Assembly: GCA_030704615.1 (NCBI GenBank)
Contig: CM060732.1
Coordinates: 39,618,001 to 39,682,000, forward strand
Reading direction: 5' to 3'
DNA from: Takakia lepidozioides
Lineage: Eukaryota > Plantae > Bryophyta
Length of the DNA: 64,000 nt
The position numbers and the translations under genes are program-made. This document shows positions 26,661 to 38,400 of this stretch, piece after piece. How positions within the stretch are numbered: the first letter of the stretch is position 1; every line of letters begins with the position of its first letter. Under the pieces are notes generated by a model. It did not search any database, was not told the DNA's origin, and saw nothing but the letters and a program-made list of their open reading frames with translations.

Positions 26661-27396
26661 GGGCCTGTGCTGGTCTGTGGTGGCCCATGTTGACCTGTGG
26701 ACGGCCTGTGCTGACTTGTGGAGGCACTGGTGGACTGCCTAAGGACTGGCATGTGGTCTGGAAGGCCGAATTTTGAAGCTCGTGGAGGGCGGTTTGAGGA
26801 GTATCTTCATGATATTCCCATGGTCATGCAAGTGAGGGAAGAGAGGAGAGGAAGAGTGTTGGGATAAGGGCATGTTGGGGTTAGGCATTGCTTTAGCTTC
26901 TCTTCCTTGTAGTTTCCACCCTCTCATTAGGCCAAGACCTTTCCGTAGGTGGAGGCAAGAGTCAGTCCGGGTTTGGGCTGGGGTGTCCTTGCAGGAGCAA
27001 CACCGTAGAGTTGTTTTTGGTGTGGGGGAGTTATCGTTCTGATTTCTTGTGTTTGGATCCCCTCCATACCTGCATGCTTGACTGTGCGCCATGCTAGTTT
27101 TGTGTGGGCGCTTGTTTTTATAGGTGATTGGTCCGGATTTGATCACCGGCCAGTCCTAGAGCATGATGTCGATGGTGAGGCTGGGGTGATGACCAGCCAG
27201 ACCATCATTGTTTCTCCTGTGGTGAGGTTGGAGGTGATGACCAGCCAACCATAGGAGTGCTTGCGGTGGATGCAGGTACAGGTGTAGGCTATGTTAGGAA
27301 CTTAGTATTCCAAACCATAAGCCGCAACAGGTTCTCTACCCGGTTACCTTGTAGAGAGGGGGTTAGGGACATGTTCATGACCGGTTGAGTGTCAAC

Positions 27397-29030
27397 ACGG
27401 AGGTGCCACTAGTTGCTGGGGACAGTGCCGGTTTGAGCACTAGCGATACTAGTGGGTACACGAGACTAGGTGTGCGGTTTAGGCCACCTTCACCTCCTGT
27501 GTCTTCCACGGAAGGTTCTGATTCGGATTGTGAATCAGGAGGACTCATACCGGCGGTGCAAGTTGTTTCTTTGCCATTGTTGTGGGACACAATGGAGGAG
27601 ATATATGGAGCTACCAAGGGGCCACAAAGGTACTCTGGGGCGGTGGGCACCATCGAGTTGGATGATTTTATCCAAGAGTTTGATAGTTGGTGTGATTTGC
27701 AGCAAATGCGCAATCCACAACTATTTACGCCGTTCATGGCATGGAAAGGGCTGTTTCAGCACCTTGAGGGGCCGCCTATGGATGATTACCATGAGTTCAG
27801 ACGGGGGCATGAGGTTGAGATCGAGGAGTGGAGGATGTACTGGTCACCCGACTATGTCTCCATCACTAGGGGCACTAGAGCCACGAGGGCAGTGGCTACA
27901 CCTGCCGCTGCACTGGCAACTTCAGCAAGTAGCAGAGGGACTACTGGGACTGGTGGTACAGTAGCTACGACGTCCACCCAAGCCACTACCGCACCAGCAC
28001 TAGTACCCGTGCCTGCCTTCAACCCTGTTGTGGAGTTCTTCGAAGAGTTGAGAGGGAACTACCAAGGGGTGAGGACAGAGAAGTTGCGGAGCTTGCAAGA
28101 GTTCCAACGGAAGCCGACCGAGAGCTTGAGGGAGGCTTTCACTCGCATGAGGCGCTTGATAAATGTAACCCAAGGGGTTACGGAAGCTCAGGCAGTCCAA
28201 TTCTGGTATGGGATATTGGACAAGGAGCTGAGGAGAAGGGTGCGGGATGCAACTCTCCTACAAGCGGCCCAACCCACCTTAGCAAATGTGTTTTTGCTGG
28301 CAGAGCGGATAGAGCTCAACATGGTGGAGGAACGAGTGGTCATGGTGGGATTTGCTAAGGAGACACCATGGGGTAGTGGTGCTCCTAGCCAACCACTACC
28401 TCAACGTGCTCAAGGCAACAAGGGGGCTCAGGTGAAGCTCAGGGAAGGGCAGAGAGGACCTCAGATGCAAGGGTCTCTCCCTTCATTAGCTGGCCAACAA
28501 CGGGCGGAGGTGGTGTGCTGGACATGTGGAGGACCCCATGTCAAGAAGGATTGCCCAGAGGGAGGCAAAGGGTCGGCACATGCACAGCCTGCACAGTTGC
28601 AGTGTGGGCATTGTGGCAAGCATGGGCATGGAGAGGCCCAGTGTTATGGTTTGCATCCTGAGTTGCGCCCAGGTCAGTTCCAAGGGAACAATGGTGGCCG
28701 GGGGCGAGGTGGAGCAGCCCAGAGAGGACGAGGTGGCCAGCCACAAGGCCAAGGGCAAGCTCAACGTGGCCAAGGACGCGGAGGTCAGGGTGTTGACCAA
28801 GGCATGGCCAACCGGCTTCAGCAGCTAGAGCAGAGGCTCGCTGCCATGGCTACAGCTCAAGTGGTACCGGCTCTAAGGCCGGATGGTCCACCTCCTGCTC
28901 CTGAGGGAGGAGATATGGGAGGCATGGGATTCATGTGTGGAGCAGCACTACCACTAGTGCAGGTGGAGTCTGCTGCAGCCGTGACTCGAGGAGCAGCACG
29001 AGTTCCTGAGCCACGAGGTGCAGAGGTGAG
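27397..29030 (+). CDS. gag: Retrotransposon Gag with two zinc knuckles (start codon is ACG here, ATG in the outer copy)
   Basis: Gag core (FQRKPTESLREAFTRMRRL), CWTCGGPHVKKDC and CGHCGKHGHGEAQC, RGG-rich tail; frameshifted after about 29030. Confidence 0.88.
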
Positions 29031-29224
29031 TTGGATCCACAGCGTGGGGAGGCAAGCCGTCAGGCTAGGCTTCCTCAGTCATTCACATTGGCGGAGACAG
29101 TGTCGACGCCATCCATGGCACCTAGTTCTCGCCCGACGGTTACCGAGGCGGAGGTTACTATGCCATTGGGGAGAGCTACACGGTAGCACCACTACCTAGT
29201 GTTGCCAAGGCTGCGGCAGCTAGT

Positions 29225-29900
29225 GTGCTGCTAGGAGCGGCCACATCTGTGTGCCAGGCTCCATTGTTCTCGGCTACCATGATTGCGACGCCGGGGGTAA
29301 AACCAGCTGAGGTGTTCAAGCTGGCAGCTACACTCTGTGAGAGTGGGGAGGTTACTTCATCTTCTGCGGAGATAGTGGGAGGTGTAGTGCCAGAGGGATC
29401 CTCGGATTTGAGGGTCAAGACTGCCACGGCGGCGCCATGGCAAGCTGCAGCTGTCAGGTTGATGGAGCTGCCAGCTAGGCCAGCCATTGAGCGCGCCATG
29501 GTGACACCTGGAGTTGTCATGTTAGACAACCGGGATGGCATTTTCTGTTTGAGTGGACCGGCAGGCAAGAGGTACCGGCCACTGCGGGTCTTGTTGGACT
29601 CGGGAGCTCAGCCATTGATGCTGGGCAGAGCTGCTATTGCAGGCTTGGGCCTCACGGAGGCGGATATGGAGCCTTGTCCTTTCCAGATACAGACGTCTCT
29701 GGGAGATCGGAGCAGGCTCGGGGCATGACACGGCGTGAGTTGGCTATCAGACTACGGCCGGATCACCCTACAGATGGCTCAGTGATGCGAGCCAAGGCCA
29801 TTGTGACAGACGCGGTCTCATACGATGTCCTGGTTGGTGGGGCAGTGTTGTACCCCATGGGCTTCACCCTGGATTTTTGGGAGGAGTCAGCTTCCTATAG
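29225..29900 (+). pseudogene. Retroviral-type aspartic protease domain (frameshift at about 29700)
   Basis: RVLLDSGAQ active site and downstream YDVLVG motif. Confidence 0.85.
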
Positions 29901-30297
29901 GCCTGCATGGCAGTCAGGGGAGGGCCGGCGTGTGCAGCTTCCTGTGACGTTCATAGGAGGAGTTGCGGTTGCCCAGCGAGGCAAGATGCCGACACTAGCA
30001 GCATTCACAGCGGCAGTGAGTTGGCCTAGAGAGTTGCTTGAGGGCAATGCTCATTTAGAGGATGTACCACCTCCGGGAGAGCAGGATGACATGTATGGTA
30101 TGGCGGAGTTGCCTACCATGGTTGCTCAGACTCCATTGTGGGGCACGAGCAAGGATTTGCAGCGGGATGCTGATCGATGGGTGCAACAAGCCTGGGTGGA
30201 GGCTTTTGTACCGTCAGGAGAGGAGGAGAGTGTGGGGATTGCACCAGGACCACCTCAATTGTCTCCATTGGACACCACACCTATTGTGTGGCAGTAT

Positions 30298-31270
30298 CCG
30301 GATGAAGGCATTTGTCTTCTGGACTTGTTTGGCGGGATCAGCACCGGATTGGCTGCTGTGTTACAAGCAGGTGTACGAGTTCGGCGTTACTTGTATGTGG
30401 AGAGGGATGAGACTGCACGACGCGTTTCACTTTGCCATGTTGCTCAGTTGGTGCAGCGGTACCCTGAGTTGTTGTCGGTGTCTGCAATTCGTGGATATCA
30501 GCAGGCCTTGCCAGCAGACATTTCGTTGCTGGGGGCGCAGGATTTGGAGCGGGTTGGCTCCATGATCTGGTAGTGGCAGGTTGGCCCTGCCAAGGGCATT
30601 CATCAGCCGGGCATGGCAATGGATTGCGAGACTCGAGGTCGGGTCTGTTTTGGGAGATGGTGCGGGTTTTGCGCCACTTGCAGCTTCATCAAGCTGTATC
30701 TCCAGCATACATCTTGGAGAATGTGCCACTGATGGGCGATTCTCGGGCCAGGGTGATGGCCAGTGTGCATCAAGTCCGGTCGTGGCTTGGGTCAGCAGTG
30801 TTGCTAGATGCAGCTACAGTGGGGTCACGGGCTCATCGTCCACGGCTATGGTGGACTAACTTGATGCCACCCGCACTGCTCAAGCGTGCATTTGATGGGG
30901 TGTAGCGGCCAGCACATCTCACAGTGGATAACATTCTGGACACAGGGAGGCACTCTCAGCGTGTGAGACACGATGACCGTTCGCCTTTGGCAGTGGTCAA
31001 CAAGGTGGGTCAACCACGAGCAGCATTACCTACACTGCTCAGCTTCCCAGGATCGCATGCTTTCCGGGATAGTGGACCTGGCCTCCTGTGGGATGCTCAG
31101 TTGCAGCAGTTAGTGGAGCCTAATGCTGACGAGCGTGAGCGGGCAATGGGTTTTACCACTGGTACTACGGCGGTGTCGTGTCTTTCTGAGGCATCACGTC
31201 GTCAAGTGTTGGGGCAAGCAATGGATCTCAATTGCTTGACCTGGATTATCAGCTTGGCTCTGGCTGAGCA
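30298..31270 (+). pseudogene. DNMT3-like C5-cytosine DNA methyltransferase domain inside the retrotransposon polyprotein
   Basis: Motif I LLDLFGGISTG, II YVERD, III ADI, IV DLVVAGWPCQGHS (catalytic PC), VI YILENV, VIII AHRPRLWWTN, IX ERERAMGF, X RRQVLGQAMD, in canonical order. 1-nt frameshift at about 30563 and TAG at 30903. Confidence 0.93.
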
Positions 31271-31556
31271 ACGCAGAGTGCGGAGTACACTTCCCTCAAT
31301 GGTCTCTCTGCCTACCGAGACGATACAGGCAGTGAGTGGGGGCGAGCATGTGAGGACCACGGGGTGCATGCATCCATGGCACACGTGGGAGGTGCTCGAG
31401 GTTCAGAGGGAGTTGGCAGCCAAGGCGGCTGTGATGGATGAGGTTGGGGATTCTTCTCGGATTGAGGAGGTCCTCAAGGATGAGATGATGGGGCAGGATG
31501 AGGCCTTGTCATTGACTGAGCAGGCAGGGAGTACTGCTCAAGAGGTTGCAACATAG

Positions 31557-32960
31557 CAACCACTGGACGTGTCCTCTACCTCTAAGCCCACTGGACTTAA
31601 GGTTGCAGTTACGGAGGACAATTGGGAGCCTGACATTGGACCCATTGTCACCGAAGGAGAGAGACGACGTATACGGCGGTTCCTGAGGGCTTACAGGAAT
31701 TGCTTTGCCTTCAGTTTGAAGGACTTGGGAGCACTGAAGGGTCAAGAGATCCGTATTGAGTTGGCCACTGACACGCCAATCTTTCGGAGACCCTATAGAT
31801 ACAGTGACATGGAGAGGTCTTTGATTCAGATGAGGACTCAAGATCTCTGGGAGGCAGGTTTTGTGGAGCTCTCTGGTGGAGAGTATGCTTCAGCCACAGT
31901 GATGCCAGCCAAGAAGGATGTCTATGGCAATTGGACGGAGAGACGTATGTGCGGTGATTACCGGCCTGTAAATCAGCACTTTGGATTTACGATCCGGATA
32001 TCACCAGTTGTCAATCAAGGAGGCGGACAAGCAGAAGACGGCATTCTGGGGGATCAATGAGCACGGCAAGGATTGCCTATATCAGTGGCGGTTCTTACCA
32101 TTTGGGCTTAAGAATGCTCCTACAGAGTTTCAGAGAGTCATGGATAGGATTCTAGCAGGGGTGGACTTTGCTCGGTGCTACATAGATGACATCATCATCT
32201 TTAGTGTTACGATGGAGGAGCATGAGAGACACCTTCAGGTGGTATTGGAGCGCTTGAGAGCGCACGGATTGAAGTTGCATCCGGGGAAGTGCAAGTTTTT
32301 CCACAACCAGATTGAGTATCTGGGTCACATGATATATCCTGGAGGATTGGGGGTACAGCAGACTAAGGTAGAGGCCATTGCACAAATTCCACGCCCCACG
32401 GATGTGAGCCGAGTTCGAGCTTTCATGGGGTTGGCAAACTATTATAGACGGTTTGTCAAGGGATTTAGTACCATTGCAAAGGCTCTAACCAAGCTGACCA
32501 AGGTGGACCAGGAGTGGCAGTGGGAAGATGAGCAGGAACAAGCTTTTCAAGAGCTCAAGGCGAGGTTGACCTCGGCGCCTATCCTGAGACGACCTATCAG
32601 GGGGCGTCCCTTTCAGCTGCATACGGATTGGAGCATGCTGGGGCTTGGAGCGGTGCTCACATAGGTGGATGATGAGGGAAGAGAGTTTGTAGTGGCTTAT
32701 GCTAGCCGCTCAAACAACGCTGCAGAGGCTAAGTACAGCTCATATGAGGGAGAGTGCTTAGCTGCAGTGTGGGCCGTGGCACACTTCAGGTGCTATCTAT
32801 ACGGCAATCTTTTCACCCTTGTCACGGATCACCAGCCACTCAAGTGGTTGATGGAGTCAGACAAGCTTACGGGGAAGCTTGCACGGTGGGCACTTATACT
32901 CCAGGAGTATGACTTTCAGGTTGTGCATCGACCGGGTTTGGTCAATCGGGATGCGGATGG
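31557..32960 (+). pseudogene. pol: Gypsy reverse transcriptase and RNase H
   Basis: RRPYR, RMCGDYRPVN, DLRSGYHQ, LPFGLKNAP, CYIDD, YLGH; RNase H LHTDWS...ECLA...TDHQPL...DGLS. Deletion/frameshift at about 31975, TAG at 32662. Confidence 0.93.
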
Positions 32961-33063
32961 ATTGAGTCGCAATCCATGCATGAGCCAGCAGGATGACACT
33001 GGAGCTCGGTGGCATGGTGAGACGGACGAGGAGATGGTGCCGGGATGACACGCATCTGCATTT

Positions 33064-34614
33064 TTGTGTATCTTGGCATCGGGAGGTCAGATTGGACCTA
33101 CAACAGGGATGACTGTAGACGGAGTGTCTGAGGACCCTAAGCCTAGTGATGAGCTAGGTGGTGCCAAAGATATACATAAGGATTCGGCTGTGTTGGACTA
33201 CCTCCGCACAGGAGACACGGCAGCCATTGTGACTGCCAGGGAGAGGGATCGGATCCTGCAACGAGCCAAGAGGTTCAAGTGGGAGGGGATACACCTACTT
33301 CGAGTGTGGGAGGATGGTCGGGTGCGGATTGTGCCTCAACCCACACAGCGTGCACGGTTAGTGCGGCATGCCCATGAGGAATTGGGGCATTTTGGAGTGC
33401 GATGCACTCACAGTTTACTGCAGGGGCAGTATTGGTGGCGTGGTATGCATACAGAGGTGCAACAGTTCGTGGCTAGGTGCATGGTGTGTGACAGGGTGTG
33501 TGCTTCATTCAACGCCCCTATACCACAGTTGCATCCTTTACCAATCATGGGATTGGGCTACAGGTGGAGTCTTGACTTCGCAGGACCGTTGCCACTGACT
33601 ATGCGCCACCACAGATATGTGTTGGTGATGGTGGAGCACTTCTCCAAGTGGATTGAGTTGGTTCCATTGTCTGACAAGGCTAGTGAGGGGGCTGCGTATG
33701 CATTCTTGGATCGTGTGCTTAGCCGATTTGGTGCTCCAGCTGAGGTACTCACGGACCAAGGGAGAGAGTTCTTGGGGGAGTTTCAGGCTTTGTGTGATAA
33801 AGCCTTGATAGACCACCGCACCACTTCTCGGGATCATCCTGAGGCCGATGGCTTGGCAGAGAGAGTTGTTCAGACGGTGAAGAGGGGTTTGCGCAAGTAT
33901 GGCTTGCAGAAGGGACACCTAGGAGATTGGGATCTTCAGGTTCCTTGGTTAGCCATGGGCTACAGGTTCAGCAAACAAGCATCACTTGCCTCCTTCTCAC
34001 CATATTTCCTTCTCTTTGGCCGAGAGCCGGATTTGCCTGCAGCCATTCGTAGGGACACTGCTCAAGTCCTTAACCTTGACAATCCGGACGTGTGGGTATG
34101 TGCATGTGATCAGCGTGCAGAGTTGTTCAAGAAAGTCATGCCCATGGCTTTTGAGAACCTTGCCATTGCACAGCACCGTGATACGTTGAGGTATGCCACT
34201 ATACGTGGTGGAGGATATCGTCCTGGGGTTCGGAGGTTTAGCCCTGGTGACTATGTTTATTTGCAGCAGACTGCTCCTACGACTCTGGATGTTACTGCAG
34301 GGCGTGTTATTCTGAGGGTTCGAGAGGTGTTGCCCTCAGGGGTCCTGATCTTGGAGGGTCGGGATGGCATGACTTGGAAGGACCATGTGTGTAATTGTGC
34401 GCCATGTCACCTTCCCAATGTCGATGGCAGAGTTGACCCAAACTTGGCAATGGTACTTGCAAGTTTGAGGTGCATGCTCTGTGGGTTTGCCAAAGGGGCA
34501 GCCACTATGCTGGTGTGTGATCGATGCTCAAGGGGTTGGCATATGGGATGCTTGACACCACCTCTTGAGAAGGTTCCTGACGGAGATTGGTTGTGTCCAC
34601 ACTGCTTGGGATAG
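33064..34614 (+). CDS. DDE integrase with C-terminal PHD finger
   Basis: HHCC (HEELGH...CMVC), D-D-E (WSLDF, LTDQG, AERV); C4HC3 PHD CMLC...VCDRC...HMGC...WLCPHC at about 34471-34605. Confidence 0.93.
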   Translation: MCILASGGQIGPTTGMTVDGVSEDPKPSDELGGAKDIHKDSAVLDYLRTGDTAAIVTARERDRILQRAKRFKWEGIHLLRVWEDGRVRIVPQPTQRARLVRHAHEELGHFGVRCTHSLLQGQYWWRGMHTEVQQFVARCMVCDRVCASFNAPIPQLHPLPIMGLGYRWSLDFAGPLPLTMRHHRYVLVMVEHFSKWIELVPLSDKASEGAAYAFLDRVLSRFGAPAEVLTDQGREFLGEFQALCDKALIDHRTTSRDHPEADGLAERVVQTVKRGLRKYGLQKGHLGDWDLQVPWLAMGYRFSKQASLASFSPYFLLFGREPDLPAAIRRDTAQVLNLDNPDVWVCACDQRAELFKKVMPMAFENLAIAQHRDTLRYATIRGGGYRPGVRRFSPGDYVYLQQTAPTTLDVTAGRVILRVREVLPSGVLILEGRDGMTWKDHVCNCAPCHLPNVDGRVDPNLAMVLASLRCMLCGFAKGAATMLVCDRCSRGWHMGCLTPPLEKVPDGDWLCPHCLG

Positions 34615-34863
34615 TGGCAGTGGACATGACTGGAGGCAGCTAACAAGACATGGGAGGCCAAGCTCATAGGAGTCAATACATGAGATCCCATGCTCAAGTT
34701 CACAGGTTGCAAGACAGCGACTAATGATGGGGCAACTCTTGCACCCGGCCTCTTGATCTATCGAGTTTGAGTGTAGTAGGGATAATGGTGGAGGACTTAG
34801 TGAGGCTATGGTCACTATCACATCTTGTGGCTACCTGGACTTAGAGGGACCTAAGCACCAGCT

Positions 34864-34874
34864 AGGGGGGCGAT
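34864..34874 (+). promoter_or_regulatory. Polypurine tract-like plus-strand priming site
   Basis: AGGGGGGCGAT immediately before TGTG at 34875; GGGGGCGAT-TGTG also occurs at 20977-20965 on the minus strand. Confidence 0.65.
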
Positions 34875-35411
34875 TGTGTGGACTAGTGACTGCCATAGTG
34901 GGCAGCATAGTGGCAGCCTAGTGACTGACTAGTTGTAGCCTAGTGGTTGGACTAGTGGCTGGACTAGTGGTGGACTAGTGATATACTAGTGTGTGGTGTG
35001 CACATGTGTTGTGTGGTTTTGGACAGCGATGTAGTTGTGTAGCGATATGTATGCGCACGACAGCTGTCAAGTTATTTTACCACTAGTGTGAAACTAGCTA
35101 GGAAATAGCTAGCTTTTACATATTGACATTTGGGATTGGCCCAAGTGTCAATCCAGGGGTCAAGGCAGATTTAGGCCCTGGAGTGGTTATCTTCACGGCA
35201 AGCGCGGGAGGCTCATCTTTCTCGAGTTGAGCCTCACCGCGCCTAGCTATGGCGCCGTAGTGTGGATTCCCCATGGCGTGGGGTGCACTTGGCTTGACTT
35301 GTATTTGAGTGACTTGCAACCTGTGAACTTGAACCTGAGATCTCGGGTATTGACTCCTATGAGCTTGGCCTCCCATGTCTTGTTAGCTGCCACTAGTCAT
35401 ATCCACTCCCA

Positions 35412-38400
35412 CTATCCCAAGCAGTATGGACATAACCAATCTCCATCATGAACCCTCTCAAGAGGTGGTGTCAAGCATCCCATGTGCCAACCTCTTGAGC
35501 ATCGATCACACACTAGCATAGTGGCAGCACCACGAGCATGCCCCAACTCTTCATTGGCATGCCGCACTAACCGTGCACGCTGTGTTGGGTGAAGCACAAT
35601 CCTCACCCGACCATCCTCCCACACTCGAAGCAGGTGTATCCCCCTCCTTGGCAGTCACACTAGCTGTCGTGTGTCCAGTGCGGAGATAATCCATCACAAC
35701 TGAATCCTCATGTATATCTCTGGCACCACCTGACTCATCTTTAGCCTCAGGGTCCTCAGACACTCTGTCTACAGTCATCCCTGTTATAGATCCAACCTGA
35801 CCTCCCGATGCCAAGATACACAAAAAGACAGATGCATGCCATCCCGGCATTATCTCCTCGTCCGTCTCACCATGCCACCGAGCTCCAGTGTCATCCTGCT
35901 GGCTCGTGCATGGATTGCGACTCAATCCATCCGCATCCCGATTGACCAAACCCGGTTGATGCACCACCTGAATATGTCTCTCATGCTCCTCCACCGTAGC
36001 ACGAGAGGCAAAGCAATTCCTGTAAGCCCTCAAGAACCGCCGTATACGTCGTCTCTCTCCTCCAGTGACAATGGGTCCAATGTCAGGCTCCCAATTGTCC
36101 TCTATAACTGCAACCTTAAGTCCAGCAGACTTAGAGGTAGAGGACGCGTCCAGTGGTTGCTATGTTGCAACCTCTTGAGAGTACTCACTGCCTGCTCAGT
36201 CAATGACAAGGCCTCATCCTGCCCCATCATCTCATCCTTGAGGACCTCCTCAACCTGAGATGAATCCCCAACCTCATCCATCACAACCACCTTGGCTGCC
36301 AACTCCCTCTGAACCTCGAGCACCTCCAATGTGTGCCATGGATGTCTGCACCTTGTGGTCCTCACCGGCTCACCCCCACTCACTGCAAGTACCGTCTCGG
36401 TAGGCAGAGAGACCGTCAAAGGAAGTGCACTCCGCACTCTACGTTGCTCAGTCATAGCCAAACTGATAATCCAGGTCAAGCAATTGAGATCCATCGCTTG
36501 TCCCAACACCTGACGACGTGATGCCTCAGAAAGAGAAGGCACCGCCGTGCTCCTAGTGGAAAAACCCATAGCCCGCTCTCGCTCGTCGGCATTAGGCTGC
36601 ACTAACTTCTGCAACTGAGCATCCCACATGAGGCCGGGTCCACTATCCAAGAAAGCATGTGATCCTGGGAAGCTGAGCAGTGTAGGTAGTGTTGCTCGTG
36701 GTTGACCCACCTTGTTGACCACTGCCAAAGGTGAACGGTCATCGTGTCTCACACGCTGAGACTGCCTCCCCGTGTCCAAAATGTTATCCACTGTGAGGTA
36801 TGTTGGCCGCTACACCCCATCAAATGCACGCTTGAGCAGTGCGGGTGGCATCAAGTTAGTCCACTATAGCCGTGGACGTGAGCCCGTGACCCCACTGTAG
36901 CTGTATCCAGCAACACTGCTGACCCAAGCCACGACCGGACTTGATGCACACTGGCCATCACCCTGGCCCGAGAATCGCCCGTCAGTGGCACATTCTCCAA
37001 GATGTATGCTGGAGATACAGCTTGATGAAGCTGTAAGTGGCGCAAAACCCGCACCATCTCCCAAAACAGACCCGACCTCAAGTCTCGCAATCCATTGCTA
37101 TGTCCGGCTGATGAATGCCCTTGGCAGGGCCAACCTGCCCCTACCAGATCAATGGAGCCAACCCGCTCTAAATCCTGCGCCCCCAGCAAAGAGATGTCTG
37201 CTGGCGAGGCCTGCTGATATCCACGAACCGCAGACACCGACAACAACTCAGGGTACTGCAGCACCAACTGAGCAACATAATGGAGTGAGATGCGTCGTGC
37301 ACTCTCATTCATCTCCACATACAAGCAATGCCGTACCCGTACATCTGCCTGTAGCACAGCAGCCAATGGTGCTGATCCCGCCAAACAAGTCCAGAAGGCA
37401 AATGCCTTCATCCGGACACTGCCACACGATCGCACCCCGTGGCTGAGGAACTCGTGCTGCTCTTCGAATCACTGCCGCAGCTAATTCCAGTTGCACTAGT
37501 GGTAGTCCTGCCCTGCACATAGTGGTAGTGGTAGTGTTGCCCGACACTAGTAGTAGTGGTGCCCCACCCACAGTGGTAGTGGTAGTGGCACCCCTCACCA
37601 GTGGTAGTGGTGCCCCACCCATAGTGGTAGTGGTAGTGGTAGTGGCACCTCTCACTAGTGGTAGTGCTACCCCGCACATGAATCCCATGCCTCCCATGTC
37701 TCCTCCCTCAGGAGCAGGAGGTGGACCATCCGGCCTTGGAGCCGGTACCACCTGAACTATGGCCATGGCAGCGAGCCCCTGCTCTAGCTGCTGAAGCCGG
37801 TTGGCCATGCCGTGGTCAACACCCTGACCTCCGCGTCTTTGGCCATGTTGAGCTTGCCCTTGGCCTGCACGTCGTGCCTGGCCACCTCGTCCTCTCTGGG
37901 CTGCTCTACCTCGCCCCCGGCCACCATTGTTCCCTTGGAACTGGCCTGGGCGCAACTCAAGATGCAAACCATAGCACTAGGCCTCTCCATGCCCGTACTT
38001 GCCACAATGCCCACACTGCAACTGTGCCGGTGCCAAACCATTTCCTCCCTCTGGGCAATCCTTCTTGACATGGGGTCACCACATGTCCAACACACCACAT
38101 CCACCCGTTGTTGGCTTGCAAATGAAGGGAGAGACCCCTGCATCTGAGGTCCTCTCTGCCCTTCCCTGGGCTTCACCTGAGCCCCCTTGTTGCCTTGAGC
38201 ACGTTGAGGTAATGGCTGGCTAAGAGCACCACTACCCCTTGGGTTACAATAATCAAGCGCCTCATACAAAGCCTTTCTCAAGCTCTTAGTAGGCTTCCGT
38301 TGGAACTCTTGCAAGCTCCTCAACTTCTCTGTCCTCACCCCTTTGTAGTTCCTTCTCAACTCTTCAAAGAACTTCACAATAGGGTTGAAGGCAGGCACAA

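Larger units (their letters stand above)
23837..35312 (+). mobile_element. Inner, near-complete Ty3/Gypsy-like retrotransposon with DNMT and PHD domains; A1-ORFs-B1-GC-A2 (A2 truncated)
   Basis: A1 23837-24153; 248 bp identical at 35065-35312; B1 34866-35062; gag-PR-DNMT-RT-RH-INT-PHD order at 27397-34614 with several stops and frameshifts. Confidence 0.93.

Noticed and set aside
25582-26727. 381-aa ORF on the minus strand
   Set aside because: Translation of the minisatellite; no domain features.
29026-30294. Intron (GAG|gtgagt...ggcag|) giving an in-frame Gag-DNMT splice product
   Set aside because: In frame, but the acceptor is weak and the natural deletion in the outer copy does not use these sites; no transcript evidence.
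35065-35312. Conventional 3' LTR beginning at 35065 paired with a 5' LTR at 23837
   Set aside because: No polypurine tract precedes 35065 (it is 190 bp upstream), and complete copies end in B, not A.
23837-35312. DIRS/Ngaro tyrosine-recombinase retroelement
   Set aside because: No tyrosine recombinase ORF seen; protease, DDE integrase and 4-bp TSDs indicate integrase-mediated insertion.
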